Assembly: GCA_000934665.2 (NCBI GenBank)
Contig: KZ538057.1
Span: 124,001-188,000 of the forward strand
From: Catajapyx aquilonaris
Lineage: Eukaryota
DNA: 64,000 nt
Reading direction: 5' to 3'
Below, one piece after another: positions 1 through 11,300 of this stretch. Each line of letters begins with the position of its first letter. Position 1 is the stretch's first letter. Below the pieces are notes generated by a model. The model had not been told where the DNA came from, did no database searches, and worked only from the letters and a program-made list of their open reading frames with translations. A program made the position numbers and the translations under genes.

Positions 1-622
1 GCTCAGTGGCATTCAGATAAAAGCTGGCTCCTTCACCTGTACGCAGTTCTTCTGGGGAATCTTCTGTGAAACCTGCACATATGAAACACGTGCAGTAGTA
101 CCTTTATGATTCACTTTCTTTGATCCAAATACGTACGTGGACTAGTGTCTGCTGATACTACAGCAATCCCATGTTCACAAGCATACGGTTGCATGCCAGA
201 TCTCTCAGGAAAAGTGTTTTCATCACACTGCCATCCTGGTAGAAAGTATAAGACTGGCACCTTTTCAGTCTCTGCTAGTGGAGGAAGGTAGATGGAGAAT
301 TTCATCACGGATTTGGTGAAGCAACTGCAAAACATGTGCAATGAAAAAAAATTATTCTCAATTTCATTCTTTGAAGAACTTTCCATTAGCATTTGCTTCA
401 ATTTCAGCAGTTACGTCAATTACATGGGAAATGAACTACCTCTGGTTGTGTAAAACACTTCAACACAACATTTGGCAATAATAATGAAGTGTTCGTGAAA
501 TTTACCTGCGGTGACTGTACGAAGCTTGATATCCGCCAAAAGCCTTGCTTTTCTTCAGTTCAGTCAGGACAGGGTCACATTGGTTGACATGTGTTGTCCC
601 ATTCAGCCGCAGTGAAGCTTTC
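1..622 (-). CDS. ESD: S-formylglutathione hydrolase / esterase D-like, 5' part (gene continues beyond window start); divergent, start codon unresolved
   Basis: Exons 622-506 (…VLTELKKSKAFGGYQASYSHRS), 324-137 (CFTKSVMKFSIYLPP…VPVLYFLPGWQCDENTFPERSGMQ…HGIAVVSADTSPR) and 72-1 (FTEDSPEELRTGEGASFYLNATE) join in frame through GT-AG introns. KxFGG, MKFxIYLPP, DTSPR and GAxFYxxAT are esterase D hallmarks. Confidence 0.85.
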
Positions 623-2177
623 CTGCAAGCGAAGGTCCAAAATGAATACAATCTTGATTACAACAGATTCTGAAAAGCATGCACAGCAAAACTACAAATT
701 GACTTGAACCCTAAAAACTAAAACCATGTCTAACTTTCCTCATTTTTCGCAGCTAAAATATTGACAACATCCTGCGCTGTACTGGCACACTTCTACAAGC
801 ACTCTAGAATAGTTACGAGATGTTTAATCTAGTCACTCCCAATTTTTCCTGATATGATGTACGGTAATACACACTACATCGCACTACATTGAATAATCGT
901 CGGGATTGCACAAAAGTTCCCTTGCAATGCAAATTTCTGCTGTATTAGTTATTAGTTACAGCAATAGTTTTACCTTGAAGAGGTAACACTTCACCATTTT
1001 GATGTCAGATTTACGTAATTAAGGTGATTAGATTTACACGTGGATTTGTGGCCGGATATAGAATTTACGTAACTATTATTCCTTTTGATCACCAGTGCAC
1101 ATTATACTTACACTGCTTGCTGTGCAGTGGTTTCCATGCTAGGTGTTCTATACTTCTGCTTCACCGCTCCTCTTCTCTCCCGAAGTGGGCACCGAAGTGT
1201 GTGTTCAGGGGTCGGCGGGGACGAGCTGCCTAGGTGTCGTCACCGGTTGTTACGTCAATCCGACGTCCTGCTCCTTTCCCATGGCGCGACGGGTTGGTTA
1301 TGTAACCCGGAGGCCCCCCTGTAATTCGCACGTCATCTGCGCGCTGACATTTGCACTCTTCATCCGGAGGACTGGCGGCGTGCACATCAGCCGGGTTTTG
1401 TCTGCGGTGGCGGCGTGCCAACAGGGAAAAAAAGGCCTACATATCCCCAGATGTAATTAATTCTACTGCTAATTTAGCCTCAAATTAGCGTAATAAGCGG
1501 GTGTAATTGTGCCACAACATGAGTTCGAATTAGTTTTAGCCGGTTTTAGCTGTCCGTGCGTGTGTCCGTGCAACCTGCTTATTCAGCAACATTTTCGGCG
1601 GCGACGGCGAATTTTGACGCCATCTTGTGAGCATTAATTTTTTTAAATTATAATTACCATACAATATTAGTAACTAATATTACTATATTTTTAACGTATA
1701 TAAAAACTGTACTTTTTGCTACAAACCGGTCATTTAATATTTCCGCTCACCTGTCTCCCCTGCCTTTACATAATAAGTAGCTAGTTAACTACTAATTAGT
1801 TGCAGTACGAAAACTATTTTAAAAACTGGTTCCTTAATAGTGCGGGTGATAATTATAACCGGGGTTTGAGCCCCGTATTTGCATGGCTGCCTGGCCACCT
1901 TGTCCCGCCCGTTCGCGGACCGTATTTGTCGGTTACGTTTCTTTTGTGGCTCAAATATATTTATACAAGTGTGGCTCGATCTGTTCCATGTGCCTTGCTC
2001 CGTTCGGCGGGCTCCGAACAACCTGGCGGAGGCCGAGTGGCACCGCTGCCGAGCCACGTTCCATACTTACACCACCTCTGGACTCGGGAGGGTCAAACCA
2101 CCACCATGTAGAGCAGGCTGAGGAATAATAAGCCACATTGCTGTAGTGACAAGGAGGACTGAGAGCTGCAGAGGAGG

Positions 2178-3885
2178 ATGCCGCTGGCCCCTGTCACCCA
2201 GAGGAAGATTGACCAGCTGTTCACGGAATGGTTCTCGCTGCCAGGGGTGAAGGAATCGTTAGAGAAGGACCTCAGGGTCTTCAGCGACAAAGGTGGAGAT
2301 CCTAATCATCTTTAACCCGTGTGAAGTGAATCAGGCTGCAGGGAATGCTAATCCATCTTGGAACACGTTTCTGAAACCTGTTTTAGAATGGAGTGACACT
2401 GCTGTAGAGAGAGATTTCACTATGCATTGGTTTTATTAATCTCTATCTCTATAAATAAGTAAGCTTCATTGTTAGTTTGGATGTTTGTCCCTTATAGAAA
2501 TCCAGGGGAAGGCCCTTACACTGCCTTAAATTAGCATATCGGGGGTTACTTTTTCCAAGGAATCTAACGCCGCATGTTTCAGCTTCCAAAAATGTACCTA
2601 ACTCCCACAACACGCATATTCCTGCCTCAACAATTAGCTTACAATAATAACAATAAATCAATTTGCATTCCCATGGAAATGCCTACCTTTTTTTTTTAGC
2701 TATCTACCTCCCTGCATCGTACCGCAGGGAGGGAACCTTTATTTCGTCTTGATGGAACCTATTTGACGTAGCGCCCGGGCCCACGGGCAGGGTGACTGGG
2801 AGGGGATGTGCAAGGTGCAAGTGCAATTCTCAAACGGTATATTTTGTGAACTCCCCCGGGTGGATTAGTCTGAGGAGATTCCACCCGAAACGAAGCCAGA
2901 GACGACCCAACTCTGCACGGGATGAAGGAGGGAACCCCGGGCTGGGATCGAACCCGGAACCTTAACATGCGTGGGAGCATACGTTTCCGCAGCGCCACTT
3001 TGTCTCCCCTAGGAAATGCCCTTATGCCACAATACCTAGCAAATTAAACCATCGCCGTAAATTCAGCGCATCCACCAATTACGCTAATTGGCCACCTCAC
3101 ATGACTTCGTATCTTATGGTAATTCCGGGATTTTGTAGGATTTGAAAGTAGACTTCCAGACAAAGTAAATACAATTAAATAATACAGTACTTGCAAAATA
3201 TTACTCCGTGTTGAAAACAAAATTTCCCGTCATACATCTGTACGTACATTTCTAAAGTTATTCAGAGCAAACATATGGAACGAGGTGGGGGTGTGAAGTG
3301 GGGTTGGGGGGGAGGGGGGGGGGGTCAAGGGGTCAAAAATGCAGGGGAAAAAACACATGGCTGTTCAGTCTTTTCCTGGGCCTACTCCATTCGCATTCCT
3401 CCTTTTACACATCCAATCAGAATATCCGTGTCGACTGTACGCTATAAAACAAGCAGGTAATCTATCACAGATATGTACCCCTATCTTTACCAGCACCCCA
3501 ACATACCCGGGCAACGCCGGGTAACCTGCTAGTATATATATATATATACCTGCTTATGGAGGGAGTATCTAAGCTGGCCACAGTCGCCACACACTGGACC
3601 ATGTCGTAGTGATACATCATGCTCAATTTACCTGAGTAATATTGACACGAGCAACAAGTGGGTGAGGGACAGTGAAATGTCATGTTGTCATGTACGTGGT
3701 TATGAGTGGATAATTGACTAATATTTTTAATGTACAAGAACAAAATAACAACTGGTGAAGTAATAGCATTGCCAGAATGGTCAAGCTTATTTCATTCTCT
3801 TTGGTGAGCTGTTTGGGCTTGCTTTTGGTTCTGGAACCACCACCACTGTCATCACATAATAATGGTGATGATGATGATAAAACCC

Positions 3886-3935
<50 letters not shown>

Positions 3936-6900
3936 TGAACGAATAAATAAATGCAGCAGAACCTTGATTTATTATCCGACTCCTCTGTTTATCTGACCAT
4001 CCTGCTCCAGCAATAATAAATCAATGTGTTCTCATCAAATACTGTAATGTAGGCCTTCTTAGTATTCCTTTTGTTTTGCTTTAGTTAAATTTGAAATGGA
4101 AGAGTGTGTATGTAAAAAACAAATTCTTCACTATTACTTCGAAAACCATGATATTTACATTATTTCATGCTTTTATATGTTTTTTGTTGTGTTTCATTAA
4201 AGTTTCCTGTGCTCTTCGGATTATTATCCAACCTTCGTTGTTATCCGACCATGATGGTCCCGTGGGTGACAGATAATTGGGTTTCTACAGTAAAATTATA
4301 ATATTGAATAATGTAAAAGTTAGTGCTCTTCGCCATTCAGATACAGCACTAACTTTTACTGCATTAATTGTGATACTGCTGCTGAAATCGGAGATATATG
4401 GAAGGTGTACTGAACCTGTGGAGGCACTCCCACAGCATTTGATTTATTTCAAATGAGTAGACCAAGGAAGACCATGGTGATTTGATGCCAAATTTTGAGA
4501 ATAGTGCCTGCTATAATATAATAACTGTTATAGTTTAGACTTAAACCACCATTATTTCTGCAGCAGTTACAGCCGAAAATCTTGATGTGTTGTTGAACGA
4601 GGCTCAAAAGAAGAAGGGAGGATCTGTCTTCGGTAAGGGCGTGGAATCAGCCCATCCACCTTCTGCACCACCACCTCATCCCCCTGTACATGCTGATAAG
4701 GTTGCTACACGCAAAGAGGTGAGTTGATTTTTTTCATTATTAGCCGTGATTGGTTGGGAGAAGAAAACAGGTTACTTAATTGTCTTGATCTTGTGAGCTT
4801 AGTGCTGCAGTAAATACCATTGGGAGTATCAGCAACGTTGAATGCTATTAATCCAGTACATCGTGGAACTTCCCGGCACATTTATAGAGCAAATAATGTA
4901 AATATGAAGTCTCTCATAATTATTTAAATAGTTGTCTTAGTCTAACAATATATTTCTAGGTTGTGACTTGTGGTAGTGTGATACTGAACATTTTTTTTGC
5001 CATTCTTCAAATTCATGCCAATTAATTACAACTGCATCATACGGCCAAGATTCAATAAATACCACATTCATTTTGAACTATTTGTTATTTTTTTTATTTA
5101 CGTTACCCCGTGATAAGACTTAGCCTTTTTAGGGGGGTGGAATACCACCATTACTCTCCAATTTTCCTTTTAACTTCATCACCGGTGCAAGGAGTCAAGG
5201 ATGTAGGGTAGGGATAGGGATTTTGGGGGAGGGAACGTTGGTGCAAGTGCAAGGTCGGTAAAGGGGTCATGTGCTGTTCCCCAGGAGGTTAGGTTGCCAG
5301 ACACCTCCTTGGTGCAGGTCAGAGACCCTCCTGACGCAGGTGAAAGGAAAGTTCCCCAGGCGGGGATCGAACCTGGCGCCTTTCTCTCAGCAAGCCGTGA
5401 CGTTACCATCACGGCCACCACACCTTTCATTTTGAACTATATTTGGCCTAGCACACATTGCTGGTGACAGTGTGACATGTTTACAGGCACAATGTTGTTA
5501 TATTCAGTTATTTGATAAATCGACGCCTAAGGATTATATTGTCGTATCTCGTATGTTAAAGCATACGAGATACGACAATATAATCCTTAGGCGTCGAAAT
5601 ATCTGAAAAATTGATGGGTGTGTTTATCCTACTGCATGCAGGATATCAATGTAACCATGTAACTCTTGCATTTGATCTTGGATCTCTTTAATTGGTGCAT
5701 GTGTTGCAAGCATCATATGCAATGTAATAGTATTCTTTAATTCACTGATGTTACATGTTACATATTGTACTGACTTATAAACTCACCTATCATGGGTAGG
5801 GCATGGCAAGGTAAGTTTTTACAAGGACAAGGCCCTATGCAGCCCCATATCTGCATTTTATTTGTCTTGATGCTTGTTGATATATCAAAGCTGCAGGCAA
5901 TGCTGCATGCCAATGAAAGCAATTTAAAATCATTACCCTGTCTTGTTTGTAAAATGGCGCAGCTTTTATTATGTTGGTGGGTATTGCCAACTGTGTCTTG
6001 CCCAAGTTTTGCACAGATTTTGTTTATGGATGTTGAAGGTCATGCCATAAGTGTTTTGCACCATTTGCGATGAAATTTTTACAGTTCTTCTTGCAACTCG
6101 TTTTTTGTAAGATCTGGAAATGGTTTCTACACTCTTTATAACAAAGCCACAAATCCTTGAAGCTGTTGAATGTAAACACTCCAACTCAGCATCATCCCAT
6201 TCAACATCCCATCAATTTTTCATATCCACATACAAGCATGGATGCACAAGCAGAATGCGGCATTTCGACAAGTCACCATTACGGCTGTAGTGAATTATTG
6301 CTAGCAAGTGTTTTGGTCTCATAGTCAAGGCAGTCTCACTGTTGTAGTTTGGAGCAAACAGGAAACAGCAATGTAAAGTACGAGCCAAAGTGTGCGCATA
6401 CACCATTTCACAGAAGCCCCCAAACCCTGCCAGCTGGTTGTATTGGGAATATACTAGCCCGTTCGCATATAATCATTACCTGCCTTATAAACGAGCATTT
6501 AATATGAAGTCCGTGTTGATTCCATTTAGAGATTATTTTTACTGCACTCAGTTTGTCACGCCAACCAGTTTCAGTAGCCGCCCCACTTTTTATCCTGGAA
6601 ATTAGGCTGTCTCTTCCAGTAGGCAAGTGGTCCGGGTTGCTCTGAAGAGTTAGGATAAACTTATATGTTATTGCAAGGATTTTAATACTTTAACACGCCT
6701 AGTTGATTTACATATCAGGGCGAATTGTCCCCCCCCCCCCCTTTTTTTTTGTCAATCACACTCGTGATGTCTTTTTCCTGTACAACTTTTTAATACTGTC
6801 AGGCACTACTTTATATTCCACTCCACCCATGCTCGTGGGCTATAGTCCTTTTTTTTTTTTTTACAGCGCTGTATATTCTAACTTGAAGTTCAAGAATTCC

Positions 6901-8312
6901 CTGGAGCAACACGCTCCAGGGCATTAAATTGACATACGGCGAGTACTCCATTATCGGATCCAAATATTTTATGCCCCGGTCGAGCCTAGATTCATCCTCG
7001 GTGTTGCGGGAGCTGGATCAGCTCCAGCGTGTGTGTGTGTGTGTGGCAGTATGTGAGTGTGTGTGTCTGCAGTGGGTGGGCTAAGCGTGTGTGAAACTGG
7101 GCGGCTTCAGTATAGCGGGAGGCACACGGTGGAGGTGGACGTGCGAAGACGGGTGTCGCGAGTGTTGTGTGCGCTGTTAAATTATTATTTTTTAACGGGC
7201 GAAAAAAAAATTAATTACTGGTATGGCACTTTTTTGGGCGATTTTTTTTTTGAGGGCAGAGATGGGTGGGGCAGGGTTCAGCATGCAAATCGTCTCCAGG
7301 TCGCTGCCTCGGCTGGGAATAGTCGATTAGGTTCCAGCCGGGTCTGCTGCATCCAGGCAACGTGTGCGATTGATGTGCTTCCAGGGCAGATCTGGAACTG
7401 CACATATATGCGATTTTTTTAAATGATAAAAGTCTGCAGTTTTTTCCGGGTGCACTGTACATAGCGATGGACTGCAGCATAAAGTTGCATTATGTATGGT
7501 AATGTGTGTGGACAGGTGTACCATCGGTACAGGTGCGTCTAAAATCATAAAGTGTGGCAGGTGCTTGTGTATTGGTATTTTGTACACTACAAGCATGTCA
7601 GCGCGTGTTATAATAACCATTTTTGAATGCAGAGTCTGTTAATTATTTTATATTGACCGGCCGTAATTGTGTTCCCAGGTTTTTGACCTAAAAAAAAAAG
7701 GCACCGGCTTGGGAACACCCGGTCCCGGAGTATTGTCCCCGCATAATAGCACTGCCGAACTCACATTCCAGCATATTTATGAGCGTCGCACGACATTGGA
7801 ATGTGTCTCATACGTAGCACCGGGTATACACGTACTGCATAGTAACATATGTGTTTAAATATTGATGTTCGTGCAAGACGGCAGGCTAATACGCATTGGA
7901 AAATCGGCTTCCTGTCAACGCACATATTGACTCTCCTCGCATGCAAATAAGCCTCTTTTATTTTAGACTGCGGCAGCTTATTTGTTCTCCTCTTCCGAAA
8001 AGGTTCGCGTGACATTTTCGAGGGAGTTCGCGTGCATCGGCGGAAAGTAAGAGTGAAACAGGTCATTTAAGGGAAGCAACACAATATCCTTTTACGTGAT
8101 GATGTAGGCAAAAAGAGTGGTTTCAGCTGGGTATGGGAATGGGTGGATGAAAAGAGGGCAGGGCAGTTGCGGGGGCGGATGCAGCATGGCCAAGGGGATG
8201 GTGAGATCAGCAGGCCATCAGTGTCATTGTCAATTGTTAATGCGCTTGGCGCGCTCGAGTGTTACGACTGGTCGCTCCAAGTATGGGTTTGCTGAATTAG
8301 AGGAACGTGCGC

Positions 8313-8344
<32 letters not shown>

Positions 8345-11300
8345 NNNNNNNNNNNNNNNNNNNNNNNNNNNNNNNNNNNNNNNNNNNNNNNNNNNNNNNN
8401 NNNNNNNNNNNNNNNNNNNNNNNNNNNNNNNNNNNNNNNNNNNNNNNNNNNNNNNNNNNNNNNNNNNNNNNNNNNNNNNNNNNNNNNNNNNNNNNNNNNN
8501 NNNGGGGGGGGGGGAGTCAATATATTGTGTCAATATATTTATTTTGCGAGGAAAAAATTATTAAGGGGCGTGATGTGGCATGCTATGTTGGTTTCATTCT
8601 TTTCGAAAGCTGAACTAATTGAGCTGTCCGGCTCTTTCGAAAAGAGTTATGGGTATGGGTTGCTGATCCGTTGCTTTTTGGAGGCAGTCACGTGTGGTAC
8701 TGCTTAGCCAGCCGGTAACGGCACCGAAGTTCAGTGTTGACTAATCTTTAAAACCACGCCAAGATTTACAATTCACAGGAACATCAGCCCTCAGAAAAAA
8801 TAAATTCGGAAGTTCTCGGTACATTTCTTACGTAAGTGTTGGTCCAGACTGTACCTGCCAAACAAGCTGGCCAGGTGAGATTGAGGGAATGGGTCAAGGT
8901 CGGCGGCAACTTTTCCTTTTTCTTTGCCGAGTTTACGACCGTATATTTTCACCCTGTCCGGTGCATTCTACACACACGGTCACACTGTTTGTTTTTGAAA
9001 GGGGCCTTCGTATATGGGTCAGTTGGCAGACTCCATTTTAGTGTTACCATCCTTCTTTTTTTTTTCTGCGTCATCCAAAGTCAGGTTATACGTTCAACCT
9101 TTTTGTTTACCTACATCCTTGTTTGCCCACCTGCAATTATCGGAATTGAAGTACTTATCCCGAGCAATCAGTAGCACGCTCTCCACGTGCATTTGCATAC
9201 GCGCGTGTTGTCTCGACCTTTCCTGCAATTCGGCCAACCCTGAAGGCCCTGAATGCCTCCAAGTGCTTATTGGACGTGTTCAATAACTATAATTGAAGCG
9301 ACGATTGCGTCTTGTCCTCGGAGGAGTATTTGCCAGTTGTCAAGTACGTGCCATATATAAGCTCGATTGGAATTGCTAAAGGCGTGCTTTTTTGTTGGCT
9401 AGACATAAAAATGGGAAGGGTACAAAGAGGTGAAAACGACTGCCAAATCATAGGATATATCCATATTTCATATTCTGATTTGAATCTTGGTTGCGTAAGG
9501 GATTGTGCAATATGGCATGTCAATGAGCTAGCTGCTTCAAGTATGTGTATTCAAATGGGGTTGCTGGGGGAAACAATATAAATTGGACGAATCATTACGC
9601 AATCAGGCCTATCGTGCGGGTTGAGAGTAGTAATTAGAGAATTTAGTGGCTCGCTAGCTAAAATAACCCTTAAGATTGGGTAATGTGGAGATGGAGGGGG
9701 GGTAAACATTGTGGTAAACAGGCGTCCATCCGGGGAGCAAAATGGTGCTTGGGCGTCGCGGGCGTCGCACGAAGGTCGAATAGTGACCTCGGGGCTGGCC
9801 GATTTAGGGAGTCTGGGGGCTGAAGGAGCAGCTCATCCAGGATGATAAAAGATGATTGAGGGAGGAGGAAATGTTGAGGACATTTTGTGTACAGACACCA
9901 CAAAAAGTTGTAGGGGTAACTTTGGGAGTGGGGGAGTTGCATGGGGACTCTCGTTAAAAATAAATCGGCGGCGGCATCAGGCTGCCCGAAAAAGGAGTTG
10001 TGGTTGTGCTACATCCTGTCATATGTTTGTTTACCTGGAGGGTCGAGTCTCCATTCGGGAGTAAATATTTTATTTTATAAAATGAAGGCATGCTTTGATA
10101 TATATACAACCGGTTTAGGGTAAAACCAGTATGACGTCAGATTGGGCATGGGATGTGACGCCATCATGATTTTTTGGGGTGGAAATTAAGAGTTTCCTGC
10201 TAAACCATGAGGTCAGAGTTACATAGCGTGTAGCACAAAAATAAGGCCAAAATGTACCATTTTAGAGGAACACGTAATGTGTCACCTGAGGTTTAAACTG
10301 CGATCTTTCCAAAGATAGTGAGTCATTGTTGACAACAGCAGTTAGCTGGGATGACGGACAAGGTTTCGTCTTATTAATCCTCACATATGATATGGTGGGA
10401 TTGGGGATATGCCAGAGGGTTTCCCCCGGACGGTGTGTGGGTGGGTGGTGAATACTGCTGGCCATTCATCCCAGGGCATGGGAGGGTAGTGTTTCCAGTA
10501 TTCTGTAAACTGGGGTGACAAATTAACCAGATTTGATTAATTGCAATTTGCATTGATCCCAATTTGTACTTCCAGCAACTGTACAGGGTGGACAAGTACC
10601 ACCCCCGACGAGTTATTTAAGCTGCTAACATATAGCGTAACCGTGTTTTCACCACATTTTTGGCACCTTTTGTAGTTGACCCCCGGCTGGGAACACCCTG
10701 TTCGCGAATAATGTTGTGACGTCAGCACCGGTCTGCCATATTTCGCGACCCAAATGGCCGCTTCATGACTAATGACCCCAAAAAAATGTTTTTTAAGAGT
10801 TTGGCAGGCAACCGTATTTTTGGTACATTGGCAATGGCTCCGGGAGATGCATCGGACTTGGCGGACGTTTACCCCGAGCTCTCTCCACATGGTTTTCAGA
10901 AGTCACTTGTAGTCTAGACCTCGGAGTGGATCATTGAGATGGAGGGGGTATATGTGTGAGACGGAGGCTAGGGAGCGGCTCTTCTTCGCCGGAGCTGCTA
11001 AGAATACTACTGCTCAACCCTTATTTGGCAATGGGGCTCCGGGCAGGGTTGCCAGTTGGCAGAGGATCAGTCTGGCAACACTGTGCTCATGGCCACGTGC
11101 AGGGCGGGACGGTCCCCCCAAAATGGGTGGGTGGGGGAGGTCTTCAATTTTTTTCCTATCATTCTCCACATGTGGGTAGGGGTTTAATCGAAGGGTGAGG
11201 CTCTGTCTGCACTGGGTATTGCATGTCTTGAAATGTGTCCGGACAGGCTGTTTACACGTCATGATGCGTACGGTACGGTATAAAAAGTGGTTCTGCAGGT

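Noticed and set aside
2930..3000. tRNA-like sequences here and at about 5350-5420, 41075-41150 and 63930-64000
   Set aside because: A/B boxes only, with no complete cloverleaf; treated as SINE heads
5792..6406. Minus-strand ORF fragments suggestive of a decayed transposase
   Set aside because: No recognisable motif that I could support
8117..8707. 196-aa ORF and neighbours spanning Ns
   Set aside because: Artefact of the assembly gap and homopolymer runs
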